Part shown: piece after piece, positions 1 through 9,278 of the stretch | Position numbering within the stretch: position 1 is the stretch's first letter | Layout: each line of letters opens with the position of its first letter | Notes under the pieces: model-generated | What the model saw: only the letters and a program-made list of their open reading frames with translations | Told to the model about the DNA's origin: nothing | Databases searched by the model: none | NCBI GenBank assembly: GCA_035390665.1 | Contig: DAOOUC010000002.1 | Span: forward strand, 92,143 to 124,142 | DNA: 32,000 nt | Reading direction: 5' to 3' | DNA from: an archaeon | GTDB lineage: Archaea > Iainarchaeota > Iainarchaeia > Iainarchaeales > CSSED10-239 | Made by a program: the position numbers and the translations under genes

Positions 1-536
1 CAATCAAGATGTTTAGTTTCTCTTCTTGTTTTAGAAAAGAAATTGGATCTCATGGTTTAGATGAAAGAGGACTTTTTAGATTACATCAATTTGATAAAGT
101 TGAGCAAATTATTATTTGTAAACCAGAGGATTCAGAGAAAGCATATGATGAGCTTTTAAAAAATACAGTTAAACTTTTTACATCACTTGAACTACCAACA
201 AGAACTTTAGAAATTTGTACCGGAGATTTAGGAGACTTAAAATACAGAAGTGCAGATGTCGAGGTGTGGTCACCAAGAAACAACAAATATATTGAGGTTG
301 CTTCTTGTAGTAATCTTACATCAGCCCAAGCAGTAAGGCTTAACATTAAAGCAAAGACAAAGCAAGGCGAAAAATATTATGTTCATACTCTTAATGACAC
401 AGCAGTTGCCACGTCTAGAGCGCTTGTAGCAATACTTGAAAACCACCAAACAAAAGAAGGTACAATTAAGATTCCAAAAGTCTTACAGAAATACATGTAT
501 GGTAAAACAGAGATTAAAAGAAATGAAATATTTTGA
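1..536 (+). CDS. serS: Seryl-tRNA synthetase, C-terminal part (5' end lies outside the window)
   Basis: The frame is open from the window edge (first full codon at 3), so the ORF-track Met at 9 is internal. Class II aaRS motif-2/3 context is typical of SerRS: CFRKEIGSHG..RGLFRLHQFDKVEQ, then TLNDTAVATSRALVAILENHQ near the C-terminus. Confidence 0.9.
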   Translation, partial: IKMFSFSSCFRKEIGSHGLDERGLFRLHQFDKVEQIIICKPEDSEKAYDELLKNTVKLFTSLELPTRTLEICTGDLGDLKYRSADVEVWSPRNNKYIEVASCSNLTSAQAVRLNIKAKTKQGEKYYVHTLNDTAVATSRALVAILENHQTKEGTIKIPKVLQKYMYGKTEIKRNEIF

Positions 537-541
537 ATTTT

Positions 542-1003
542 ATGAAATACAATAAACTTCAAGAAAAGTATTTTGAAGATGAGCGAGTTGTTAATTCTGG
601 AATAATTATCTTTAACAAAGATAAAATCCTTCTTGTTGAACGAAAGGACAAAAAACATTTGGAACTTCCTGGTGGAAAAATTAAACTTCTTGATACAGAC
701 AAAACCAAAAAAGAAACTTTAAGAAATGCGGCAATTAGAGAAGTATTTGAAGAAGTACATATTAAACCAGAAATATTAAATTATTCGCCTTTCTATATTG
801 ATTTTGAAACTCCAGATAAGATAAAAAGAAGAAGCTATAATTTTATTGCAATATCAAATAAAGAACCAAAGATAACTGAAAAACATATTTTCTCAACTGC
901 AAAATATATTGCAGTTAAAGATTTAGAAAAATATAATCTTGCACCAAATGTAATTACCTTAAAAGAGCTATTTAAAACCTGTCTTTTTAGATATAAGTTT
1001 TAA
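542..1003 (+). CDS. Nudix hydrolase
   Basis: Nudix box LPGGKIKLL..x..ETLRNAAIREVFEEVHI fits the GX5EX7REUXEEXGU pattern. The ORF-track start at 533 is a TTG overlapping the serS stop. The first ATG is at 542, so the start is uncertain by 9 nt. Confidence 0.8.
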   Translation: MKYNKLQEKYFEDERVVNSGIIIFNKDKILLVERKDKKHLELPGGKIKLLDTDKTKKETLRNAAIREVFEEVHIKPEILNYSPFYIDFETPDKIKRRSYNFIAISNKEPKITEKHIFSTAKYIAVKDLEKYNLAPNVITLKELFKTCLFRYKF

Positions 1004-1050
1004 CTTTAATCTTTAAAAAGATATCGCTATATAATATTTATAATTAACTC

Positions 1051-1093
1051 CCTACCATTGAGAATCTTTTAGATTCACAACGGTAGGATTTTT
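1051..1093 (+). terminator. Long imperfect hairpin plus T5 tract between Nudix and the NYN gene (terminator or 5'-UTR structure)
   Basis: CCTACCATTGAGAATCT-TTT-AGATTCACAACGGTAGG forms 15 base pairs with 2 mismatches (A1057/C1081, A1061/A1077) and a TTT loop. ATTTTT follows directly (1088-1093). Confidence 0.45.
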
Positions 1094-1104
1094 AAGTGAT
1101 TTAA

Positions 1105-1632
1105 ATGTCTGATTCTATAAAGCGAATAATGATATTTATTGATGGAAGTAACTTCTATTATGCTTTAAAAAGATCTTTTTCTAAAACAAATATTGATTTT
1201 GAAAAATTTTGTAATTTTCTTGTTAATTCAGACAATTTAATACAAATTAAATATTATAATTCTCCATTAAATCGAATAGAAAATCCAGAAGAATATAAAA
1301 AGCAGCAGAAATTTTTTGAATATTTATCTGAAGTGCCATTAATTGATATATATTTTGGAAGATTAGAAAAAAGACCAGATGGTAAAAAAGCAGAAAAAGG
1401 AGTAGATGTTAAATTAGCAGTTGATTTAGTTGTTAATGCTTATAAAGACAGGTACGATATAGCAATATTAGTGTCAAATGATGCAGATTTTATCCCTGCA
1501 ATACAAGAAGCTTTAAATTTGAATAAAGAAGTATATTATGTTGGATTTCCAAAAATGAAATCATATCATTTAAATAAAGTTTGTTCTAAAACTATTAAGG
1601 TTAATGATATTTCAGAATACCTAAGAGAATAA
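1105..1632 (+). CDS. NYN domain (LabA/DUF88-like) putative ribonuclease
   Basis: IFIDGSNFYYALK at the N-terminus, GVDVKLAVDLV, and ILVSNDADFIPAI match the acidic-residue pattern of LabA-like NYN/PIN-fold proteins. The ATG is at 1105. Confidence 0.8.
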   Translation: MSDSIKRIMIFIDGSNFYYALKRSFSKTNIDFEKFCNFLVNSDNLIQIKYYNSPLNRIENPEEYKKQQKFFEYLSEVPLIDIYFGRLEKRPDGKKAEKGVDVKLAVDLVVNAYKDRYDIAILVSNDADFIPAIQEALNLNKEVYYVGFPKMKSYHLNKVCSKTIKVNDISEYLRE

Positions 1633-1644
1633 TGTGAGACAAAA

Positions 1645-4600
1645 ATGCAAGTAAAAGAATTAGTTCTAAAAAATTTTAAGTCTTTTGATTATGCCAGTAT
1701 TCCATTTAAGCCAGGATTTCAAGTAATTGTTGGCCCTAATGGGTCAGGTAAAAGTAATATAATTGATGCTCTATTATTTGGTTTTGGTTCAACATCCCTT
1801 AAAAGATTAAGAGTAGATAAAACCGCTAATCTTGTTAATCAATCAGCTAAAGAAAGAACTGCAAGAGTAAGGGTTGTATTTAATCACGAAGGCAAAGATC
1901 TTGACATTATTAGAGAAATTGATGAAACAGGAAAGTCTGCTTGCTCTTTAGATGGTAAAAGAAAAGCATTAAATGAAATTACTTCTTTTTTAGCAGAAGT
2001 TGGAATAACTGCAGATGGATATTATACAGTTCAACAGGGAGATGTTACAAGAATTATTAACATGAACCCAGAAGAAAGAAGAAAAATAATAGAAGATATC
2101 TCTGGTATTTCTCTCTTTGATGAAAGAAAAAAAGAAGCACAGGATAATCTTGATAAAGTAAATAAAAGATTAGATAAAGTATCAATTGCATTAAATGAAA
2201 GAAAACCGTATGTTGAACAATTATCTGCTGAAAGAGAAAATGCTTTAAAGTTTAAAGAATTAGATAGTTTAGAACAGCTATATAATTATAATCTTTATAA
2301 TCAACAAATAACTGAATTTAATAATGAATTAATATTAGAAGATGGAAAGATTAACAAACTATTATCCGAGATTGAAGACAATAACAAAGAAAAGAAAAAT
2401 ATACTTTTTGAAATTTCAGATTTAGAAAATAAACTAGAAACAATAAATAATGATTTAATATCTCATTCAGAAAAAGTCCAATCTACTTTTGGTAAAGAAC
2501 TTTCTGAGAGAAAAGCAAATAAAGAAATAATTCTTAATAATTTAAATTTAAGACAAGAAAATATTGATTACTTAACTAAAGAAAACAATAGATTAGCTTT
2601 AGAAATAACAGAACTAATAAAAGAAGAAAACACTCTTTCCATTATAATTAAAGAACAAGAAGAAAAATTAAGAAACAAAAACAAAATAAAATCAGAACTT
2701 AAAGAAAAAATACAAAAAAGTTCAAAAGAGTTTGAAGAGATTAGAACTGTTCAAGAGGAATTGTATTCTCGATTATCTACAATAAATAAAGAGATTACAA
2801 AACAACAAGACGAATATTTTTCAAATAAGAATAAAATTTCAGCTTATGAATTCCAAAAAGAAAGTTTAGAAAAACAAACAAAAGAAAGAGATGAAAATCA
2901 AAAGCAATTATCAATTAGAAAGAAAGAATTGGAAAGTAGTATTTCAACTTTAAGAAAAGAATTATCTGACATTGAAAAAGAAATACAAAATAGTAATAAA
3001 CTACTTGAAACAAAAACAAAAGAAAAAGAAGAATTACAATTACAATTTAATCAAAAAACAATAGAGGTTTCGGGATTAAGAAAAGACCTTTCTTTTAGTT
3101 CTAGTGCTCTAGAAAAAAGAGATAAACTTAAAGAGAAGTTAAAAGTACACAAAACATTTTTAGGATTTTTAGATGATTTTGTTTCGTTAAACAAACATCA
3201 AAAATCTGTTTATTCTAATTATATAATATTAAAAGAAAAATCAGAAATATCTAAAATCATAAAAGAATTTGAAAATATTAATTTTAATTTTGTGGTGTTA
3301 TCTTCAATTGGTGTGTCTGAAAAAGAACTATCCAATCATTTCCAAGAACACTTTAATACTAAACACAAAGTAGAAGAAATAGATGGTTTTTATTTTGATG
3401 GTTTCTGTTATAAAAGAATACTTGTAAAAGACACAAAAGAACTTGAAGAAAAGATTAATCATATAGACAAAGAACTTGAAAAAATCAAAGCACACTTACA
3501 AGAGGCGACAACAAAAATATCTGAAACCTCACAAGAGCTAACTCAAAAAACAAAAGAGCAAACACAATTACAAGTTAGATTAAACACATCAATACAGACA
3601 CTTGATGATATTATTGAAAATCTTGAAGGAATAACCAGTAAGTCATCAGGAGAAAGTGGCGCAACTATTAAAACCATTACACAAAATCTTGGACAACTCT
3701 CAAGTCAAATTTCTGACCTTGATACTAACCTTACAAATTTACGTAAAGAAAAGCAAGAGATTGAAGACAAATTAAAGTCCTTAAACATTGGTGTTCAAAA
3801 CACCTTAAGAGATGATTATGATTCTTTGGTAACTGAAACAAATACCTTAGAACAAAGCTTAATTTCTAAAAATTCAGAAATTAAATCTACAAAAGAAAAA
3901 CTAGATAATAAAAAAAATCTTGTAGAACTAAACAATCAAAAGATTTCTGATATTACAAAGCAATTAAATGATTTCAAAGACCAGATAACAAAGATTGATA
4001 ACAAGATTTCAGAAATTAATAAACAGTTAGATTTTGAAAACAGTAAGAAGGAAGGTCAATTCCAGTATAAGTCAAAGATTAATCAAGAGATTGCTATATT
4101 AAATCAAAAAAGTCATGAAATAGATTCTTTAATTTCAGATATTAATTCTGAGATAAATGATTCTCGTCTAAACATAAACACTCTCAAAAGTAAAATTATT
4201 CAATCAGAACAAAGTCTAAAACTTCTAGATATAAAAACAGATTTAGAAAAGATTAATCTTCCAATTGAACAAATCTTTTCAAAATTAAGGAGCATAAAAA
4301 GAGACAAGAATGCTTTAGGCAATATAAACTTTAATGCAATAGATTCTTATGAAAAGCTTGCAAAAGAATACGAAGAGATTATTCAGAAGTATGACATAAT
4401 TGTGGCTGAAAAAGCACAAGTTGAAGCAATGCTAAATGAAATAAATATGAAAAAGTCTGCAATATTTATGGATTGCTTTGATAAAGTAAACAAAGAGTTT
4501 AAAGACATAATTTCAAAGATGTCTAAGTCCTTGAAAGGTTCTTTGGAGTTATCTGGTCAAGATCCATTAACTTCTAATCTAATAATAAATATAACAAAAA

Positions 4601-4899
4601 ACGGGCAAACAAAAAACATAGATATAATATCTGGTGGAGAAAAAACAATTACTGCTCTTGCAGTTATCTTCGCAGTGCATGCTTATAAGAAATCTCCATT
4701 CTATATCCTTGATGAAGTTGATGCTGCTTTAGATGATCAAAATTCAGAAAGTCTTCTAAATTACATAAAGGAATTATCTAAATCTGTTGCAGTAATCTGT
4801 ATAACTCACAACAGCACAATAGTTTCAGGAGCAAACCAAGTAATTGGTGTAACTCTTAAAGGAAATTCCTCAGTTATTGGCCTTGATATGGCCATATAG
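1645..4899 (+). CDS. smc: SMC chromosome segregation ATPase (condensin-type)
   Basis: N-terminal LKNFKSF..GPNGSGKSNIIDALLFGFG (Walker A). SMC-specific YYTVQQGDVTRIINMNPEERRKIIEDISGI. Long coiled-coil arms. C-terminal signature SGGEKTITALAVIFA and Walker B FYILDEVDAALD. The central hinge-like segment (about 3145-3505) is short and divergent. Confidence 0.9.
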   Translation: MQVKELVLKNFKSFDYASIPFKPGFQVIVGPNGSGKSNIIDALLFGFGSTSLKRLRVDKTANLVNQSAKERTARVRVVFNHEGKDLDIIREIDETGKSACSLDGKRKALNEITSFLAEVGITADGYYTVQQGDVTRIINMNPEERRKIIEDISGISLFDERKKEAQDNLDKVNKRLDKVSIALNERKPYVEQLSAERENALKFKELDSLEQLYNYNLYNQQITEFNNELILEDGKINKLLSEIEDNNKEKKNILFEISDLENKLETINNDLISHSEKVQSTFGKELSERKANKEIILNNLNLRQENIDYLTKENNRLALEITELIKEENTLSIIIKEQEEKLRNKNKIKSELKEKIQKSSKEFEEIRTVQEELYSRLSTINKEITKQQDEYFSNKNKISAYEFQKESLEKQTKERDENQKQLSIRKKELESSISTLRKELSDIEKEIQNSNKLLETKTKEKEELQLQFNQKTIEVSGLRKDLSFSSSALEKRDKLKEKLKVHKTFLGFLDDFVSLNKHQKSVYSNYIILKEKSEISKIIKEFENINFNFVVLSSIGVSEKELSNHFQEHFNTKHKVEEIDGFYFDGFCYKRILVKDTKELEEKINHIDKELEKIKAHLQEATTKISETSQELTQKTKEQTQLQVRLNTSIQTLDDIIENLEGITSKSSGESGATIKTITQNLGQLSSQISDLDTNLTNLRKEKQEIEDKLKSLNIGVQNTLRDDYDSLVTETNTLEQSLISKNSEIKSTKEKLDNKKNLVELNNQKISDITKQLNDFKDQITKIDNKISEINKQLDFENSKKEGQFQYKSKINQEIAILNQKSHEIDSLISDINSEINDSRLNINTLKSKIIQSEQSLKLLDIKTDLEKINLPIEQIFSKLRSIKRDKNALGNINFNAIDSYEKLAKEYEEIIQKYDIIVAEKAQVEAMLNEINMKKSAIFMDCFDKVNKEFKDIISKMSKSLKGSLELSGQDPLTSNLIINITKNGQTKNIDIISGGEKTITALAVIFAVHAYKKSPFYILDEVDAALDDQNSESLLNYIKELSKSVAVICITHNSTIVSGANQVIGVTLKGNSSVIGLDMAI

Positions 4900-4999
4900 C
4901 AGGGTATATACCGAAAAGTAACTAATTCTGGTAAATAACTGTGTTTATAAACCTTTTTAGCCATAAATTATTTATAACTCTAAAAAGTTAAGAAGTAAA

Positions 5000-5830
5000 A
5001 TGAGCTTATTTATGAATAAAAATATTTTAGTCTTAATCTCGGTATTATTAATGTCTAGTTATATTTATGCATCAAATATTACAGTTTCTTTTCCAGAAAA
5101 TATAACTTTAGTAAATAATCCTGTTTCTGTAGAACTTTATGTTTATAATGGTTCTAATTCTTCAGAATTAATAACTTTAACCTCTTATATTTCTCCTTTT
5201 CCAAGCTCTTTTTCAGAAAATCAATTTAGACTATCACCAAATGAATCCAAAAGAGTAACAGTTACAATTTCTCCATTAAATGATTATTTAGAGTCAGTAT
5301 ATAGTTCAAGTATAGAAATAAAATCAGCTAATTATTATAATAAACAAACATTTAATATTATTCAAAAAACCAATAGAATATGTTCTATTGATTTACAGTA
5401 TTTTGTAATGTATGTTCCTTCTTCTGAGGAATATAAATTAGAATTAATACTAAAGAATAATTCTATAGTAAATAAAGATATAGAAATTATTGGTTTAAAA
5501 GACATTAATCTTTCAGATGAGATAGGAATTGTTGAAATATCAGGCAAAACAGAGGTTTCTACAGTAAGATTGTTTAAAACAGAAGAAAGAAATGTAATTT
5601 TAGAATATAGATGTAATGGCTTATTTGGCAAAAAAGAAATAGAATTACCTGAGAAAAAGACCCCAATAGATATTAAAACAGGATTTACTGGTTTATTTTC
5701 ATTCATTGGTTCTGTAAATCTAGGTAATTTCTGGGATTCTTTATTATTTCAAATAATTTTAATAATTATTTTAATTATTCTAGTCTTGTCTTTTTCAACA
5801 AGATACATAAAATATATTTATAAGAGATGA
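5000..5830 (+). CDS. Secreted, C-terminally membrane-anchored beta-sandwich surface protein (function unknown)
   Basis: Sec-type signal peptide (NKNILVLISVLLMSSYIYA/SN), many N-x-S/T sequons, and strand-like alternating patterns. The C-terminal motif KTGFTGLFSF is followed by a TM helix and the basic tail RYIKYIYKR. Confidence 0.6.
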   Translation: MSLFMNKNILVLISVLLMSSYIYASNITVSFPENITLVNNPVSVELYVYNGSNSSELITLTSYISPFPSSFSENQFRLSPNESKRVTVTISPLNDYLESVYSSSIEIKSANYYNKQTFNIIQKTNRICSIDLQYFVMYVPSSEEYKLELILKNNSIVNKDIEIIGLKDINLSDEIGIVEISGKTEVSTVRLFKTEERNVILEYRCNGLFGKKEIELPEKKTPIDIKTGFTGLFSFIGSVNLGNFWDSLLFQIILIIILIILVLSFSTRYIKYIYKR

Positions 5831-7698
5831 TTTATATGCAAAAAAAAATAATTGATTATCAAGATAAAAATACAAAGCAAGCTAATAATAAATTAAGATA
5901 TTTATTAGTGGGTTTTTTCATTTTATTGGTTTCCGTATTTAGTGTAAGATATATTTTTGCTTCAGATATTGAATTAGAATTTGATAAGCAAACATATTCT
6001 GTAATGGAAGGATCAAGCACAAAAATTGGGTTTACAATCTACAATAATTCTGAATCAAAATTAAATCTTTTATTGTGGGCAGATTGTGATGATGAGGATG
6101 AAGAACTAAGTTGTAATTATTCTCAAAGAATAATAATGCATGGAAACTCAACTCAAACAAGTTCTTTTTATGTTACAGGAAGAGAAGATTCATCAACAGA
6201 TCTTACAATTTATGTAAATGAGTTAGATTCAGATAAAATAAATGAATATTCAGTAGATATAGATGTTATTGATGATGAAGAAGACGGAGAATTTGAAATA
6301 GAAGTATATAATTCAAGTATTTGTATTGGAAAAACTAACAAAATGACATTTGAAATAAACAATAATGCAAGTGATGGATTATATAATTTATTTTTAACAA
6401 GTGATAGATTAGAAATAAATTCAGAATATTCTAATCCTGTTTATTTAAGAAATGAAAAAGAAATAGATTATTATGTTTTTGTTCCAGAAAACACAGAAGA
6501 AGGACAAGTTTTTAATTTAAGATATACTATAGAAGATAATGAGATTTTAGAAACAAAATCAATATCAGTATATGCTAGAAATTGTCCAGATACTTTTGTT
6601 GATTTTAGTGTAACTGGTCCAACAACTATCTCTTATAATATAAATAAAAATGAAGAAAAGGTTGTAAACTATACAATAAAAAACAATTCAAATAGCAATA
6701 AAACAATATATATTTCAGAAGAACATACAGAAGATAAAATAGAAGTAAATATTTCTCAAAGAACAATTGTTTTATCTCCAAATGCTTCAAAGACAATAGA
6801 TGTAAAGATTAAAACAACAGAAGACATTAAATCTGGAAGCTATGATTTAAGTTTAAATTTCTTTGATGGGATAAACAATATTAATAAAAAAGTAAAATTA
6901 CTTGTTAACCCAGAACATAGTATTGAAGTAGAAACATTAAATGGTATAAGTCAGACATTAATAATTGGTCAAAATTTAGAGTTGCTTTTAATTATAAAAA
7001 ACAAAGGAGATATAAGAGATGAGTTTACAGTAACTACTACGGTTGATAATGATGTAAAAGTAAGAACAACAGAAAATAGCTTTTCTGTTTATCAAAATAG
7101 CACTGTTCCTTTCTCAATGGTTTTATCTTCAGGAAGTAGAACACAAACAGGATATGCCTATTTAAATGTAAAAATTCAAGGAAAAGATAGTGATTTCTAT
7201 AAAGAAGTTAATTACATTATTAATGTAATAAGAGACACACCAGTTGCTGGATTAGAAATATTATCTTATCCAAGAGAAATAAATGTTGTCCCAGAAAGCA
7301 ATCAAGAAGTGGATTTTATTTTGAAAAATATTACTAATTCAAAAGTAATAATTGATTATATAGAATTAACAGATGCCTCTCAAGAGATAACAATAATTGC
7401 CCCAAGAGATTCAGTTATAGAACCACAAAATACAAAGACTATAAAAGTAAAGTTTGATATAGGCGACATAAAAGAAAATCAAAATGCAAAAATAAGATTT
7501 GTTACAAGAAATGGGGGAATTTTAGAAAGACAAATTAAATTCAATATAGATGATGGGCAAGAATTAGATTCAGATAGTAAATCAGGAATAACAGGATTTT
7601 TGTCTTTAAAAAATTCTATATTTACTGGCATAATTGTAGTATGTTTAGCAATAATCCTATTATTTGTATTAGGAATATTTAAGACAAAAAAAATTTAG
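5827..7698 (+). CDS. Large multi-domain surface protein (about 5-6 Ig/CARDB-like beta-sandwich repeats), C-terminally anchored
   Basis: ATGA overlap with the upstream gene. N-terminal signal/anchor (LLVGFFILLVSVFSVRYIFA/SD). Repeated ~100-aa units of the type xVxFxIxNxSxxxxxIxI...LxPxxSKTIxVKI. Acidic insert DCDDEDEELSC. C-terminal KSGITGFLSL plus a TM helix and KTKKI. Confidence 0.6.
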   Translation: MIYMQKKIIDYQDKNTKQANNKLRYLLVGFFILLVSVFSVRYIFASDIELEFDKQTYSVMEGSSTKIGFTIYNNSESKLNLLLWADCDDEDEELSCNYSQRIIMHGNSTQTSSFYVTGREDSSTDLTIYVNELDSDKINEYSVDIDVIDDEEDGEFEIEVYNSSICIGKTNKMTFEINNNASDGLYNLFLTSDRLEINSEYSNPVYLRNEKEIDYYVFVPENTEEGQVFNLRYTIEDNEILETKSISVYARNCPDTFVDFSVTGPTTISYNINKNEEKVVNYTIKNNSNSNKTIYISEEHTEDKIEVNISQRTIVLSPNASKTIDVKIKTTEDIKSGSYDLSLNFFDGINNINKKVKLLVNPEHSIEVETLNGISQTLIIGQNLELLLIIKNKGDIRDEFTVTTTVDNDVKVRTTENSFSVYQNSTVPFSMVLSSGSRTQTGYAYLNVKIQGKDSDFYKEVNYIINVIRDTPVAGLEILSYPREINVVPESNQEVDFILKNITNSKVIIDYIELTDASQEITIIAPRDSVIEPQNTKTIKVKFDIGDIKENQNAKIRFVTRNGGILERQIKFNIDDGQELDSDSKSGITGFLSLKNSIFTGIIVVCLAIILLFVLGIFKTKKI

Positions 7699-9278
7699 AT
7701 AAGTGATTTTTGTCTTTCTTCCATTTCTTTAATTTTATTTTCCATTAAATTAAAGGTGTTGTTTATTTTTTCTATATTTTTGTCAATAATTGCAATAAAT
7801 TGATCTCTAAACATATTTAGTTCTGTGATTTTTTCTTTAGCAATATCTATTGTAGTTTGTAATTGTTCAATTCTTTTAATTTCATCATCTACTGTTTTTA
7901 TTTTTCCTTTTATTTCTTGAGTAATTGCGCTTTCGTAAATTTTTAGAGATTGTGAGATTTTTTCATCAACGGCATTAATTAATTGAGATTCAAATCCTTC
8001 AAGTTCTTTTAATTTTCTATTAATAATTTCAGGATCGGTTTTAGCAACAATAGTGTCTTTTACTTTGTTTATTTCTAATAGTTCTTTTGCAATTTCATCT
8101 TTGAATGCTTCTCTAGCTTTAGTTAAAAATTCGTTCTTTACAGCATCAAATCTTAGTTCATATCTATTTGCTAATTGTTGTTTAAATGATTCTAATTGAT
8201 TTAATTTATCATAAAGTTGTTGTGGATTTATTTGTTTATTTATTCCTTCTTTAAATTCATTTAGTTTTTTAATTTCTTCAATTACTGCTGTTTGTGTATT
8301 CTTTATTAATCCTTGTGTGATTTTAGATTGTAAAGCAAGTATATCATTTATCTCTTTTATTTTTGCATTTAATTTTACTGTGGTTGTTGCTACAATTTTA
8401 TTTACATTTTCTTGATTTAGTTTAGTGGTCTCGGTTATTTGATTTTGGAATTCTTGGAATTTAATCAAAAGTGCTTCTATTTCTTGTTTGCTATTGTTTA
8501 TGTCTTCTGCTTTTTTGTTTATTTTCGCTTGCTCTACTTTTAATTGTGCAAGTTGTTTTGTTAATTGAGTAGAAATGCCACTTACTTGTTCAGCTACTTG
8601 TTCATTTATTTTACCCATTAATAATTGTTTTGTAGTTTCTTGGATTTTTTTGTATTTTTCTATTTCTAAATCAATTTTAGATTTTAAATATTCTTCCATT
8701 TTTGTTTGTCTAATTTCAACTTCATTGATTTTTGTATTAATTGTTGTAACAAGTCCTGTTTGCCAAACATCTGCAGTGTTATTAGTTGTTTCAATCTTAG
8801 AATATTCTGGTTCTTTTTTCTTTGTTGTTTGAGGGGTTGGTGTGTAGGTATTAAAATCATCAAAAGACACTGTATCTTTATCGCTAGAATAGTCTAATCC
8901 ACTAATATCTAAGCCTTTAGTAATATCAGGTATATCTTTAGTTTCATCTTTTGTTTCTGGAATTTCAGGAACTGTTAATTTAGCAATTTCTGTTTCTTCT
9001 GAAAATAAATTATCAGGTATTTCACTTTTGTTAAAAATAGTTTTTGGTTCTTCCGTAATCTTAGTTGTCGTCACTTTAGAATCTGTACTTTTTATGTCGT
9101 TAACTTTTAATTCAGTAACAGAAGATGTTTTTGTTTCTTCAAAGGCATTACTAATTAAATCATCACAATCTTTAGCTGAAAGTCCCATCTTTAATAAATT
9201 ATCTTTAATGTCTTCTTTAGACATTCCTAAATCTTTTAATTTTTTTATATTTTCTATAATTCTTGGATCTGGAATCAT
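7695..9278 (-). CDS. Long coiled-coil protein with small N-terminal helical domain and acidic/Thr-rich linker (function unknown)
   Basis: A 527-codon open frame in AT-rich DNA is unlikely by chance. The N-terminal ~45 aa (IIENIKKLKDLGMSKEDIKDNLLKMGLSAKDCDDLI) resemble a helical hairpin (UBA/HeH-like by eye). Residues ~50-170 are low-complexity T/E/D/K-rich. Residues ~175-527 are heptad-like (Q/K/E/I/L-rich). There is no TM segment. The start overlaps the adk stop by 4 nt. Confidence 0.6.
   Translation of the reverse strand: MIPDPRIIENIKKLKDLGMSKEDIKDNLLKMGLSAKDCDDLISNAFEETKTSSVTELKVNDIKSTDSKVTTTKITEEPKTIFNKSEIPDNLFSEETEIAKLTVPEIPETKDETKDIPDITKGLDISGLDYSSDKDTVSFDDFNTYTPTPQTTKKKEPEYSKIETTNNTADVWQTGLVTTINTKINEVEIRQTKMEEYLKSKIDLEIEKYKKIQETTKQLLMGKINEQVAEQVSGISTQLTKQLAQLKVEQAKINKKAEDINNSKQEIEALLIKFQEFQNQITETTKLNQENVNKIVATTTVKLNAKIKEINDILALQSKITQGLIKNTQTAVIEEIKKLNEFKEGINKQINPQQLYDKLNQLESFKQQLANRYELRFDAVKNEFLTKAREAFKDEIAKELLEINKVKDTIVAKTDPEIINRKLKELEGFESQLINAVDEKISQSLKIYESAITQEIKGKIKTVDDEIKRIEQLQTTIDIAKEKITELNMFRDQFIAIIDKNIEKINNTFNLMENKIKEMEERQKSLI

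Noticed and set aside
1105-4899. NYN nuclease plus SMC-like ATPase as a Lamassu/Wadjet-type defence module.
   Set aside because: The SMC has the housekeeping condensin signatures (FKSF N-terminus, the YxxVxQGxVxxIxxMxPxERRxxxExxxGI block, full-length coiled coils) and is far longer than LmuB-type proteins. No JetABCD-like partners are present. LabA-like NYN genes are common housekeeping-context genes in archaea.
5827-5960. The N-termini of the surface proteins as class III (prepilin) signal peptides, which would make them substrates of the nearby peptidase.
   Set aside because: The sequence before the hydrophobic stretch (…NNKLRYLLVG…, …MNKNILVL…) lacks the [KR]-[GA] cleavage context, and both show Sec-type A-x-A-like sites (IYA/SN, IFA/SD) after the hydrophobic core.
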